DNA from: the human T2T-CHM13v2.0 reference genome, Homo sapiens
Length of the DNA: 64,000 nt
Assembly (NCBI RefSeq): GCF_009914755.1
Contig: NC_060929.1
Direction: 5' to 3' (one strand)
The notes beneath the pieces were generated by a model. That model was not told where the DNA came from. It worked only from the letters and a program-made list of their open reading frames with translations, and ran no database searches. Both the position numbers and the translations under genes were made by a program. Below, piece by piece: positions 50,825 through 63,926 of the stretch (positions are counted from its first letter, which is position 1; each line of letters starts with the position of its first letter).

Positions 50825-52431
50825 TGTCACAAGCTCTTTAGGGTATCACTTTGCCAGCCAGAAACCTCTGTGGCTGGTGGTGCCTCTACTTGGGTTTTGC
50901 TTGTGCCCACTGGGCTCATTCCCCCAACTCAACCTGGCAGGCTGTGCTTGGTTCCTACTACCAACCCAGATGCCACATCTGCCAAGGGTGAGCCAGTTGA
51001 GAAGCAGCAAAGGGTGTGGGAGCGAGTGAGCAAGCACGGGATCTGACCACTGCGCACAGCCAGGCATGCTGGTTGCTGTGATGGGGTGGACAGCTTCAGG
51101 CACCAGCACAGGTGCTGGCTCTGTGCGAGGCTGCAGCTGGACCAGATGTACCACACATGGCTTCTGCTGTGTGCACCCACGCCTGGAAAAGGGGAACTCA
51201 GTGGCACCTGGAAGCCTGGAGATGCCAGGAACCACAGAGCCCCAAAGAGGGTGTCACAGCTCTGGCTCAGGGATGCCCTAGGTCCGGGCTTCCCAAAGGG
51301 CCATAGCTCTTCTCTTCTTGTCATCCACAACATGGTGAGCAGGGGGCATGTTTCAGCCCTGTTTCCGTTACAGCTTTCAGTCCCACCATTCGGCAGGTCA
51401 CAAGTTCTTATCCCACATCCAGGAAGAATGAGGTACAATTGGAGGGTGAGCAAAGCAGAGAGAAGCTTCACTGAGTGACAGAACAGCTCTCAGGAGACCC
51501 AAAGAGGGTAGCTCCTTTCCACAGGCAGATCACCCTGACAAGTGTCCAGCTCTCAGCAGAGAGGAGACCCACAGTGGATAGCTACTTTCTGCAGGCAGAT
51601 CATCCTGAAGAGTCAAGGAGATGAGAAGTGGGTACCTCCTTGCCACAGCTGGTAGTCCAATGTTTGTGTGAGTCTGGCTGAGTCTGGGGTTTTTATGGGC
51701 TCAGAAGGGAGAAAGTGCATGCTTATTCGTCCATCAGTGGCCATATGCGGGCCCAGAAAAAGCACCATAAGTTCTCATTCCAGGTGCAGACTCTACCAGG
51801 AACTGGCAGCCCAGCCCCGAGGCTTCAGGTCAGCCCTGGCTTGAAGGTGGGGTTTCACTGGGTACCCACCCCTTTCCACCCAGGAACCTGTCTGCACCCA
51901 CCATCAACATGCCATCCACAGCACCAAGGCTATTTGCACCAAGGGGTGCCTGCAGGCCCACACTGAGCTGCCTTCAGCACCCCTGACCCCATGCTTGTTG
52001 GTGTCCAAAGTCTGGAGGGGGCCAAGGCGGTGGCAGCTGGATTGTGTGTCAGTGCTGCCCTGAGCATGTGCACACCTGGCCAGGTTGTGACAGCACCCAG
52101 GCTCAGCCACAGCTTTGCTCCAAAATTAGAGTTGGCACTGGGAGTGGGGAGAGGCCAGGGAGCAGGAGCATGCACTTCTGAGCTTGCAGGGGCAGAGGGT
52201 GCTTCCCAGACCCCTGAAAGCACAGGGATGCCCGAGTTCAGAGCCACAGCTGGGCAGCTCTGCTGCACCCAGGAGCACAGGGTTTCCGCCCTGCCAACTT
52301 GGTAGGGGGCAGGGATCCCACCTGTTCCTAGCCCCTGCTGGCTCCATAGAGCACACAGTCCTGGCCATGCCTCCCCTGCTGCAGCTGGCGTCTTCGCAGC
52401 AGCCATTCCAGATGGGCCGCCACTGCCATCA
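50825..52431 (-). mobile_element. MER52A-type (ERV1) solo LTR, ~1.6 kb
   Basis: Minus strand begins TGATGGCAGTGGCGGCCCATCTGG and ends ...GAGCTTGTGACA; GC-rich; exact 4-bp TSD ATAA (50821-50824, 52432-52435). Confidence 0.92.
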
Positions 52432-52996
52432 ATAATAACATAAAATAATGTGACAGAGTTAAAACTGACACATCATCTTTGTCAATAAATATGCATAGAC
52501 TTAACTCACTTGCTAAAAGATTTTCTATTTGGCTCACAAACAAGACTCAACTATATGCTTTAAACCAGAAACACAATTAATACAAAGTAATTTAGAAAGA
52601 CTAAAAGCAAAGGAATAGGCAAAGATTTTTCCAGACAAATGGAAGCAATAAAAAAGCATGGATTGCAATCCTGATACCATCCCATATATCCCTGGTGGGA
52701 AAGCAAACTGTATTGTATCTATGTTAAATTCCTGATTTTTGCCATGGTATTGTAGTTATGAAAGAGGATGTTCTTATTCTCAGGAAGTACAAACTGAAGA
52801 ATATTTAGTAGTGATAGATTCTCAAGGGGTTTAGAAAAAATTGAGAGTTATTGAGAATGATACAGTAAATGGTGCAAAATGTAAACAATTGGTGAATCAA
52901 GTGTCTGTGTGAGTTATTTGTACCTTTCTTGCAACTTTTCAGTAAGTTTGAATTTTTATCAAAACAAAAAGTTTTTTTTTTAAAAAAAAAAAAAAA
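52432..52996 (+). mobile_element. Old L1M fragments: ORF2 endonuclease start (~52440-52680) and 3' end (~52705-52996)
   Basis: caagactcaactatatgct...aaagcatggattgcaatcctgata; ttcttgcaacttttcagtaagtttgaatttttatcaaaac + A tail. Confidence 0.75.
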
Positions 52997-53112
52997 GCCC
53001 AGATCTAACTTCCCGGAAATTCTAACTCTCAGCCTCAAAATGGAGCCAAGATCTATGGTATTTTTTAAAGCTCTACAGGTGATTGTAATATGCAACAAGT
53101 TGAGAGCCACTG
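52997..53112. mobile_element. MER5A-like right half
   Basis: tattttttaaagctctacaggtgattgtaatatgcaacaagttgagagccactg. Confidence 0.65.
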
Positions 53113-53184
53113 GACTAGTCAGTCGATGGGACTTAGTTACTGATTGAATGTGTGTGGCCCAGAAAGGAAGACACCAAGGAAGAC

Positions 53185-53646
53185 TGTGGAAGGCTAGAAA
53201 ATGGCCCTCAAAGATATCCAGGTCCTTCTCCCTGGAGCCTGTGAATGCTACTCCATGACAAAAAGGACTTCGCAGCTGCGATAGTTAAGGATCCTTGAGA
53301 TGGGGAGATTATCCCTGATTATCCAGGTAGTGTCCTTATAAAAGGAAGGCAGAGGGAAATTCTGACCACAGAAGAGGAAGTAGGAGATGTGACAATGGAG
53401 GCAAGAGGCTGGAATGATGCAACCATGAGCCAAAGAATACTGGCACCTGCCAGAAACTGGAAGAAGCCAGACACAGATTCTCTCTTGGAGGCTTTAGAAG
53501 AAACTAGCCCTTGACTTTACACCTTAATTGTAGTCCTGTAAAACTCATTTCTGACTTTTGGCCTCTAGAGCAGAAAATAAATTTGTGTTGTTTAAAGTCA
53601 CTAAGTGTACAGTAATTTGTTACCACAGCAATAGAAAACTAATACA
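53185..53646 (+). mobile_element. MLT1D-type MaLR LTR
   Basis: TGTGGAAGGCTAGAAAATGGCCCTCAAAGATATCC...ttgagatggggagattatcc...cagcaatagaaaactaataca. Confidence 0.92.
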
Positions 53647-53782
53647 GACTTAAATGTTTTAGAGATAAAGAGGAAAAAGTGGGGTTCAAAACTGAAGAGA
53701 AGTGTGACTTTTCTTATTCATGAGGGTAAGTTTTGTTCCATTCATTTTCCAAACCCTGGAAAAGAACAGGAAAGTGGGTAAT

Positions 53783-54166
53783 TGTCTTAGTCACTTAAGG
53801 ATGCTACAACAAAGTGCCATAGACTGAGTGACTTATAAATAACACAAATTTATTTTCTGTTCTGGAGAATGTCACAGCTCTGGAGGATGGAAGTCCGAGA
53901 TCAGAGTACCATCATGACTGGGTTCTGATAAAGGCTCTCTTCTGGGTTGCAGATCACCTGTTTCTCATTGTATCCTTACATGGCAGAAAGAGAAGAAGAA
54001 AGCTCTCTGAAGTCTCTTTTATAAGAGCACCAATCCCATAGATGAGGGCTCCACCCTCATGGCCTATGTCACTCCCAAAGGCTTCATTTTCTAATACTAT
54101 CACTTTGAGGGTTAGGATTTCAACATATGAAATTTGGAGGGGGACACAATCATTCAATCTATTGCA
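53783..54166 (-). mobile_element. MLT1A-type MaLR LTR
   Basis: TGTCTTAGTC...ggaagtccgagatcagag...gagggttaggatttcaacatatgaa...tctattgca. Confidence 0.9.
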
Positions 54167-54739
54167 TTGACAGATGAGAGATTTCAACAAATTTCTGGAA
54201 AATAGAAAGTATGGAAGCCTGCTGATAGATGAAACAGAAACATGAAACCAACAGCCCAAAACATCTGATTGAGGGGGTTGCAGAGAAGGTGGAACCTGAT
54301 CTGCTCAAGTAGCCTTTGTAGGGCTCCAAGCTTAGAGCAGTCACGTAAGACAGGGGGAATATTGGAAGTCAGAGGCTATCAGAAGGCTTCTTAGAATGTC
54401 TATACACAAAACATTTGTATTAGGGAATGCCATATCCCTTTCCTTTCCCATCTTGCTACAGGCAGCCCAGCTTTTATCTCCAAAAAAATTCAGGAAAGCT
54501 CCTATTTAAGGAAATTGAACAAACTATTGACTGGAAGAAGCAATGGTTCTGTGTTGGATGTTTTGCTCAGAAGCGTCTCTCTCACTGTGACCTGAGGAGG
54601 GGCTCCCAGCCTGTTCATCCCAGAGCTAAGCCTGACAGTGATATACCCCAGTATATTTATGCATGGCCATCAGGCGCAAGATCTTTCTCCAGAGGACAGA
54701 GGAAATCCATATTAGCTTCTTAATCTTTTACTTTTAAAT

Positions 54740-55575
54740 ATAAATGAGCAATATAAGTCCATTAAAACCGAGGGAGGAAGGCAACAGAAACAATAATCAA
54801 AAGATGTTTGAGAAATGTGCGGTTCAGTCGTGAAACATTCTATGACTTTAAGCAATTGTTGCAAAGTAAGGCAAGAGAAACCTTTTGACCTTGATGCTAC
54901 AACAATTCTATCTTGAGTAACCCAGAGGACATTTCATTAGGCTATTACAGAAGAAAACACAATCCTAACATACAACTTGGCTCTGCAGTGAACAATATTC
55001 ACGTAGGTATGATAATGTAAATGCTGATTTTTGGTTTTCAATCCATAGCAAAAACTCATGAGAGTTAATTATGGTTTCAGAACAAATGTAAATGTTAACC
55101 ATCTTGACAATGTAAAAGTTAGACAAGGCTGAGATGAGGTGGGAATTTGCAGGGGAGGCGTGGCATAGAGATATTCAGTAAAGAGGAAAAAATAGAGATA
55201 TAAATATGGTGCCTAATATTGCAATGTTATCCAATAAAATCACTCAAAAATAACAATGTAAAGGTCAAATACTGCAAAGATGGAAAGGTGGGGTGTAATA
55301 TAAATGAGTTAAGTCCTCATCTTTCATGACCGAGAGTCAACATATATTGTCAAAATTTTTTTAAAAATCAAGAAATGGAAGTCATTATTTAGAAGTTTGG
55401 ACGTAATCATTAGAAGGCTTGAACATAAAAGAGGTTGCTTCTGGAGAATGGGACTGCAATGGAGAAAGAAGGATTGAAAGATTGTTTCTTTTCATTATAA
55501 ATTCTTCTGTTCTCTGTGATTTTCTTTTTTACCAAATGCATATATTTCTCTAATAAACATAAGTTTTCAAAATGA
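54740..55575 (+). mobile_element. L1ME-type 3' region
   Basis: AT-rich old L1 3' UTR features, ending gaggttgcttctggagaatggg...ttaccaaatgcatatattt. Confidence 0.55.
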
Positions 55576-55668
55576 TAAAGTATTAAGCACATAGATCTTT
55601 GATTATTGGCAGTCTAGAGTTATACTCCAGATGATTCTGTGTCTTACATAACTTTAGGATCATTATTT

Positions 55669-55742
55669 AAGGACTGATCATAGTAATAGACTATTATATG
55701 CATAGAAGGACTGATCATAGTAATAGACTATTATATGCATAG
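55669..55742. repeat. Perfect 37-bp tandem duplication
   Basis: AAGGACTGATCATAGTAATAGACTATTATATGCATAG at 55669-55705 and 55706-55742. Confidence 0.97.
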
Positions 55743-58700
55743 ACTCTGTAGTTAATCACGGTTAATAAAGAAGGCATAGGAAAGAAAGAGGAGGTGGACG
55801 GGAAAAAATAACAGGGGAGTCAAGATAGAAAAGGTATTGAGAGAATCAAGTTGCTGAGGTCAGAGTTAGAGTGGAGCTGGTGAGTCGTCTAGGTGGAGAT
55901 TCCAACAGGTGGTAGAGATTTGGGCAGTCAAAGCCCAGAGGTAATGGTTTGGGGCCTCATTCACATAGACAGGAAACTCTTAAAGTGATGGCAGCCACAG
56001 GCTCTGCTCTAGTCCCCTTTGACTTTTTCCCCAAAGACACTTCCTCCTGGTGCTCTGTAGCACTGCCCACCCACCTCCACACACACAGATATCACCTGTC
56101 TCTAAAAGCCCTACCAAAGTGCAAGGCCTTCCCAAGTCCCAGCTGCTTGAAGCCTTTTTAGCAATCCCAGTCCTTACCCATCACCCCTTTGCTGTACTTC
56201 ATCGGGCTCAACATTTCCACACTTGACCCCAGTTGGTACCATGTGCTTTACTAGATGTCTGAGGGTCCTAATCCCTTCTCCCCAACTAGATCATGAACTT
56301 TTTTTACAGGAAGATGCTCTGACATCTGACTTTTGTCTCTCCTAGAGAACTGAGCATGGTGTTGGACTTCAAATAAGCAATTACACTTCCAGTTGTAGCA
56401 CAAAGTAAGGCATGAAGTTCTCATTTTAGCTGAAACAAGCTTCCCTACCTTGGAGCAAACTGTGATGCGAGGAACTTAGCACACTTCATTTGTCTGGTTT
56501 GTAACCCAGTAGTGACTGACAGAACCCCACACAATGCCAGTCACCCTTTATTCTCAGAGGCAGGCAGTCTGGAGTGACAAGGGTTGGAGGTCTGAGGGAG
56601 AAAAAGCAAAGTGTCCTGGCTGCCTCTTGTTCCAGCAGATACTACCCCTCCTGAAGAGCAGATGCATCCAGATGGCAGGCGCAAGTTCATAATGCACAGG
56701 TCAGAGGCGGGCAGTCTACCCAACATAGCCTCTGTCACTAAAAGAACAGGGATCCTGTGGGAAGTACACATACAGGACTTGACTGAACATTCCCTAGAGA
56801 GAGGAAGACAGTTTGCCATCCCCCACTGTCCATGCTTCGACCATTCTTCCCCCATACTCTCTAGATAGATGCTGCTGCCTGAAATATGAGTTCTTCCAAT
56901 TATTTTAGTATCTATGCCAAGGTCACTTTCTATTACTCATTTTAGCAAACTTCTTTAAAGCTTAGGTCAAGATCTCTGCTCTCAAAGGAAGCATGTCAAC
57001 ATTTCTTCCCCTTGTTACCCTTCACATCGTGGCAACCACTCACAACATGCGTTTATCTGAAAAGCCCAGGCAACCAACATGTTCAGACAAGCTGAACAGA
57101 ACACTCTACTGTGTTCAGGAGAATGGAGTTTGGGGCATGCCCTGTGGCCCTGAAAATAACAATGGTCCTGCTATGAAGATATATTTACCTTGAAAGCTTT
57201 GTCCCTCAAGTGTATAGAAATACAGATTTGCTCACACTCCTGACTTAACTGCCTTTTCTCCCTTGTTCATGACAGAATTCTCAAAGGACGGGACACTCCT
57301 AGTGCGCCCGAATGAGAACAAATCTATCACTCACTCTTCCCCGACTTCTTTCAATTTGACAGTGAAGTCTGAATCAAAGGGAACACTTCCATGGCAATAA
57401 AGAAAAAACCAAGAGTCAAGTAGCAGTGAATGATTAAATCACACGTTTTAACCATTCCTTCTGTGCCACAACACTTTTCCCTAGAGCACCCTTATAATTG
57501 TGCTACAGCACCATTTATTATTTACAATTGCCTTATTTTCTTCTGAGGTCAGGCTTTGTTTAAAAGTCCATTCAAGGCTGGTTGTACTGCAAGTAAGGTT
57601 CAGTTGAAGCTTCCATGTAATCTGCTATATGTCAAATGTCATTATGTTAGAAGCCCCCAAGCCAGCACATCAGAAAATATATTCACCTAAATTCAAAGAA
57701 GCTGCAATATCTCTTAATAGAACTTTAGTATCCACAAGGACATGTCAAAGAGAAAGAAAAGAGGGTCCCACAGTTTACTCTGCTGTCTGGTGTCTGTGGC
57801 ACTTGTCTCTGGCACGAGAATATTTATGTATACTTTGTGGGAGTCTTGCTAATTGTAATTATGATTGCTTACTACAGTTTCCAAGGTAACAGTTGTCACT
57901 GCAATGCTTCACTGCCAACTCAATTTCCATTCTCCTGCTGATATAACAAATATTATGTGACATTTTAACTGAAAATATCTGTAAATGGGTGTCTGAGTGT
58001 GGTGTGTTTCTTAAAAAGGGAAGGAAAACAATTATTAGCTTTTCATTATTCATCTCAGTGGCACGTTTGATCAGTAATTACTTCAATTTTATATTTAGAA
58101 AGGAATGGACCAGGGTCCCATGAGGTCTTGGATTTGGAGGCTCTGGGTTCCTATCCTGCCTGTCCCTGTTGTTGCCTGGTGATCTGAATTCTGTAGCCAG
58201 GAGCTTGACCAGAAACTGAGGCTCAGTAAAGAAGCCCCTCAGCGGTGTCCCTGCCCCGCCCCTTCCTTTCCCAGGGTGCACTTCTCCCATATAAGGGGTG
58301 GGGACTGAAGGAGGAAAGACGAAGCAGGTGCTCTCCACTGTGGCTGCCTTCTGTGCCCCCCACTCCCACAAACAGCAGAATCATCCAGATAGCAGGTCAG
58401 AAGTGCCTCGTGAGCAGGAGGTGTTCCTGCAAGCTGTTCTGATCATGACTAGATGAAGGAACTTTTCCTCAGCCCCACAGTGCCACCTCCGGTCAGAGAC
58501 CCTGCAGGGATCCCACCTCTGGCCACTCTGAGATCACTTCCTGCCATGGCAGGATTTGTACATCTGGTATAGGTAATGCATACATATACTATACCTGCAT
58601 TTAGTATGAATGTCCACACAATGCCAAGAGCTCAGACCGCCTTTGGTAGGGCATCACACCAGAGCCACAGCTCTGAGCCAGCCTCTGCGGGTTTCTAGTT

Positions 58701-58911
58701 TCTCCATAGGAATTTCACAACCCTGCTTCCTTACAGGCTGAATTCCTCACCTACCACCTGGCCTTGACCTGGCTTCCAGATCCTACTAGCAGAACTTACC
58801 TACGTAGGATGCAGAGCGGCTGCCCACCTCTGGCAGTTATGTATGTTCTGACTCCTGACCCCCACCCCAGGAACTCTCATAGTCACCTGCCCATCTTAAA
58901 CTGTGCCTTCT

Positions 58912-59517
58912 AATTCCTCAAAGACATAGAACCAGAAATACCATTTGACCCAGCAATCCCATTGCTGGGTATATACCCAAAGGAATATAAATCATTCTAT
59001 TATAAAGATACATACATGCGTATGTTCACTGCAGCACTATTCACAATAGCAAAGACATGAAATCAACTGAAATACCCATTAATGATAAACTGGATAAAGA
59101 AGATGTGGTATATATGCACCATGGAATACTAGGAAGCCATAAAAAGGAATGAGATCATCTTTTTTGCAGGGACGTGGATGGAGCTTGAAGCCATTATCCT
59201 CAACAAACTAACATAGGAACAGAAAAACCAAACACTGCATGTTCTCACTTATAAGTAGGAGCTGAACAATAAGAACACATGGATACAGGGAGGGGAACAA
59301 CACACACTGGGGCCTGGCGGGGTCATAGGGGCAGCAAGTGAGAGCATCAGGATAAATAGGTAATGCTTGCGGGCTTAATACCTAGGTGATTTAATACATA
59401 GGTGATTGGTCAATAGGTGCAGCAAACTACCATGGCACATGTTTACCTATGTAACAAACCTGCACGTCCTGCACATGTATCCCAGAACTTAGAATAAAAT
59501 TGAATTTAATTTTTTAA
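58912..59517 (+). mobile_element. L1PA (about PA10-12) 5'-truncated LINE
   Basis: ataccatttgacccagcaatcccatt...ctgcacatgtatcccagaactt; TSD AAACTGTGCC(T/C)TCT on both sides. Confidence 0.95.
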
Positions 59518-59540
59518 AAAACTGTGCCCTCTTTCTATCT

Positions 59541-59613
59541 AATTCTCTTTGCTTTATTTCACCTCTCCTGGAGGTTCAATTCTCTTTGCTTTGTTTCACC
59601 TCTCCTGCAGGTC
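59541..59613. repeat. ~37-bp imperfect tandem duplication
   Basis: AATTCTCTTTGCTTTATTTCACCTCTCCTGGAGGTTC then AATTCTCTTTGCTTTGTTTCACCTCTCCTGCAGGTC. Confidence 0.9.
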
Positions 59614-59884
59614 AGAAACCATACCTTTCACCTTTTTTCTAACCTCTCATAAGACATAGTAAGAATTAAATAAGTAATTGATCCATTAAATGTTAATAAA
59701 CATTCAATATGCATATATGAAACCGTTCAGTGGAAAAGCTGAGTTTGAGCATCTTCAAGCCTTCATGTACTTCTCTTGTTCCTCTATAATATCATATTAT
59801 AAAATGGTTCTTAATGTAGTGATTCACAACCATGGGAGAGCAGAAAATCTCTGTGGAGTTTATTAAAAATAGAAATGATACAAA

Positions 59885-60320
59885 ATCTGAACTGGTTAAC
59901 TAGTTCTGTGAACATATTAAAAATTATTGTTAGTTTTATTAGGTGTGATGCTATCAGCATACTTATGTTTTTTAAAAGACTCCTTTATCATTTCGCAATG
60001 GAGGTTGAAACATTTCTTTTAAAAACTATATCTGCAGTTTGCTTTTAAATAATCCCTCGGGGTGAATAGAGTGAGAGACAGTACTGGTGAAACAAGCTTA
60101 GATGAGTTGGTGATTTTTAAAACTGGGCGATGAAACATAGTGGTTCATTGTACTATATTCTTTAGTTAGGTTTGAAATTTTTCATGGTAAAAAGTATTTA
60201 TAATACATGAAGTAAATATAGCAAAGTATTAATAATTATTAAATCTAGGTGAGATTTTGTAATCTCCCAAAGTTAAGAAACTATTCCATACTTTAATGTA
60301 TGTTTGAAAATTATAGAAAA
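59885..60320 (+). mobile_element. L1ME/MD 3'-end fragments
   Basis: ctgggcgatgaaacatagtggttcattgtactatattc...tttgaaattttcatggtaaaaagt. Confidence 0.6.
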
Positions 60321-61078
60321 TTTTTTTTTGCTTTTTTAAAAATTTTACTTTAAGTTCTGGTATACATGTGAAGAATGTGTAGGTTTGTTAAATAGACATA
60401 CTTGTGCCATGGTGGCTTGCTGCACCTATTGACCCATCATCTAGGTTTTAAGCCCCACATGCATTAGTTGTTTGTCCCTCCCCTTGCCCCCCACCCCCCG
60501 ACAGGACCCCGTATGTGATGTTCCCCTCCCTGTGTCTATGTGTTCTCATTGTTCAACTCCCACTTATGAGTGAGAACATGTGGTATTTGGTTTTCTGCTC
60601 CTGTGTTAGTTTGCTGAGAATGATGGTTTCCGGCTTCATCCATGTCCCTGCAAAGGACACGAACTCATTCTTTTTTATGGCTGCATAGTATTCCATGGTG
60701 TATATGTGCCACATTTTCTTTATCCAGTCTATCACTGATGGACATTTGGGTTGGTTCCAAGTCTTTGCTATTGTAAATAGTGCTGCAATAAACATACATG
60801 TGCATGTGTGTTTATAGTAGAATGATTTATATTCCTTTGGGTATATACCCAGCAATGGGATTGCTGAGTCAAATGGTATTTCTGGTTCTAGATCCCTGAG
60901 GAATCACCACACTGTCTTCCACAATGGTTGAACTAATTTTCATTCCCACCAACAGTGTAAAAGCATTCCTATTTCTCCACATCCTCGCCAGCATCTGTTG
61001 TTTCCTGACTTTATGACTGCCATTCTAACTGGTATGAAATGATATCTCATTGTGGTTTTGATTTGCATTTCTCTAATG
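60321..61078 (-). mobile_element. L1PA (about PA10) 5'-truncated LINE
   Basis: tactttaagttctggtatacatgtg...ctaggttttaagccccacatgcattag; ORF 60553-60855 encodes the L1 ORF2 C-terminus (WIKKMWHIYTMEYYAAIKKNE). Confidence 0.96.
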
Positions 61079-61600
61079 TTTTAAAAATAAAGAAGATACA
61101 AATTCCCCAACCCTTAACCCTTCTTGCCCTTTCTAGACCCAAATCTCTACAGGTATAGGCAGGTATATTTTTAAAGCATCAAGAGCTAGGCACCTCTACT
61201 AGATCTTTGTTAGTGTAATTTTAGTTACTGATACTACTTAAATGCAATACATCTATGTTTCTTGTAAAAAGATTTTATAATTTTAATATTTAATTAACTT
61301 GGACAAGTTTTACCCCACTTTCATTCATACCCTGTTGATACTAATTTAAAAGGATTTATTGTGTATTACATGTTTATTCTTCCTTGGGATGATATTTCAC
61401 AGTCTACTTAAAAAATAATGCCTTGTTGATTTTTCTATCATATTGAATGAAAAGTTAATAGAAATACACAGAGATGATTGACTTCAGGAAAGGATACTTT
61501 CTGGATACATTAGTAGGATGACTTCATAATATATTGCTCTAAATATATTTTCCTGGAGCAGGGAGATAAATGATAATTATCCACTTAATCTTAATATACT

Positions 61601-62010
61601 TGTATTAGTTTCCTGTTGCTGCTATGACAACTTAGTGGTTTAAAACAATAGAAACTTCTTGTCTTACGCTTCTAGTAGTCAGAACTCTGAAATGGATTTT
61701 ACAAGGCTAAAACCAAGGTGTCCGTGATGCTGCTTTCCTTACAGAAGCTCTCTTTCCACAGCATCTAGACACTGTCCATATACCTTGGCTCACGGCAACA
61801 TCACTCTGATCTCTGCTTCCATTGTCACCTCTCCTATTACTCTGGTCTCCTACATCCCTCAGATAAGGACCTTTGTGATTAACCAGGGTCCCTATCTTAA
61901 GATCCTTAGCTTAATCACCTCTGCAAAGTTCCTTTTGCCATGTAAGATAATATATTCACAGAAATTAATATATTAACATCTTTGGGAAGGCCACTGTTTT
62001 GTCTACCACA
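61601..62010 (-). mobile_element. MLT1D-type MaLR LTR
   Basis: TGTATTAGTTTCCTGTTGCTGCT...ctgcaaagttccttttgccatgtaag...TCTACCACA; perfect TSD ATACT (61596-61600, 62011-62015). Confidence 0.92.
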
Positions 62011-62039
62011 ATACTCTTATTTTTCCCTTCTGAATTCAG

Positions 62040-62482
62040 TGCATTAGATAGCTATTGCTGCAATAATGTCGTGTAACAAACTACTCCAAAACTCAGTGGC
62101 TTATGGCAGCAAGCATATATTTTTCTCACTTGTGGGTCACAGGTTAGCTGGGATGGCTCTGCTTCAGGCTGAGAGTGGGGTGGCTTGGCTGTAGGGTTAA
62201 GATTGGATTTATGTATGTTCCACATATTTCAACTGGGGGTCCAGAATGAGGCAGCAGAGAATATCAGGGGCATGATTTTTTCTGCACAATGTTAAGCATG
62301 CAAGAGGACAAGCCAAGTCTCGTGTGCACATTTAAAGCCTCTGCTTGCATTCCATTTACTCAAATTCCACTGGTCAAATCACATGGCCAAACCAAAAGTC
62401 AGTGAAGTAGGGAAGTAGACTTCACCCCAAGGGAGAGAGGTAAGAGGGTGAATATTTGCTGAAGAGGAATTCAATTTCCTAT
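62040..62482 (-). mobile_element. MLT1H/I/J-type MaLR LTR
   Basis: gtaacaaactactccaaaactcagtggctt...ttaaagcctctgcttgc...tcacatggccaaacc. Confidence 0.75.
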
Positions 62483-62832
62483 TCCTTAGGTGTAATAGTA
62501 GCCAGCTTGGAGCTTCTCACTGATTATATACCTTCCAAATGTTTCGCCCTTTGACAGGTCACTGAAATAAGTGCAAAACCTCTCATTGTGACTTTTTAAA
62601 GGCAACATACATTGGAATGTCTCCAGAATTCTCACTTATCTAGGACATAGATAAAAACCAGGAAGTAGTCAAGAAAGGTTACTGAGCATCACCTAAGTAG
62701 CTAAACTAAGGTATGTAGATAACTCATAAAAGAACTCTTTAGAGCTGACCTACATCTATAAACTATTTACTCTTATTTTACACGCAATTCCAACAATGTT
62801 GATTGCTTCATCTCTAAGTTCACAATAAAATC

Positions 62833-62882
62833 ACACATACACACACATACAAACACATATACACACAAACACACACACACAC
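62833..62882. repeat. Imperfect (CA)n repeat
   Basis: acacatacacacacatacaaacacatatacacacaaacacacacacacac. Confidence 0.85.
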
Positions 62883-63049
62883 CCCTAACAGATACCAACA
62901 AGGAAAACATACATTATAGAGACTTAATCTTTGCTTAAAACACACACACAAGAGAATGCAATTATTATTTGCTATAGGGATAAATAATCAGTTCCACATA
63001 GCTCAATAAATCTTAAGGTTCTCACGAATTACATCACAATCTAAGAATA

Positions 63050-63180
63050 ATTGAGCTAAAGAGTGGAATGCATGGGGTCAGGGAATCTTGCCCACCTTGT
63101 TCGCCACTGTTTTCCCATTGTCTGGGACAGTGCTTTGCACAGAGTATGCATTTACTAGATATATGTAGAATTAACATTTA
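63050..63180 (+). mobile_element. L2 3' tail
   Basis: ggtcagggaatcttgcccaccttgttcgccactg...ggacagtgctttgcacagagtatgca. Confidence 0.65.
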
Positions 63181-63276
63181 TAAAGTTGAAATTTTTATTG
63201 TTTATTAAATTCTATTTCAGATGGCAGAAAAGGACTCTGTGTGTATGTGAATCAACATGAGCTAAGCTGAGAATGA

Positions 63277-63819
<543 letters not shown>

Positions 63820-63926
63820 TAACTCTCTCCAGGTTTCCCTCCAATTCCCAGCAGAGAGAATTTTCTCCACCCCTGTTCCAATAAATGAACCAACAGGCAA
63901 GCAAAAAAACATAGCTACCAAGAGCC

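Noticed and set aside
50846-52543. Dense cluster of 70-180 aa ORFs on both strands
   Set aside because: All lie within the GC-rich MER52A LTR; no domain is recognisable
58478-58496. Second CTCF-like motif (minus strand CTGACCGGAGGTGGCACTG)
   Set aside because: Only the 3' half matches, with three mismatches in the 5' core; too weak without ChIP data
60553-60855. 100-aa ORF with real protein similarity
   Set aside because: It is the L1 ORF2 C-terminal remnant of a 5'-truncated L1PA, not a host gene (the same applies to 43772-44005)
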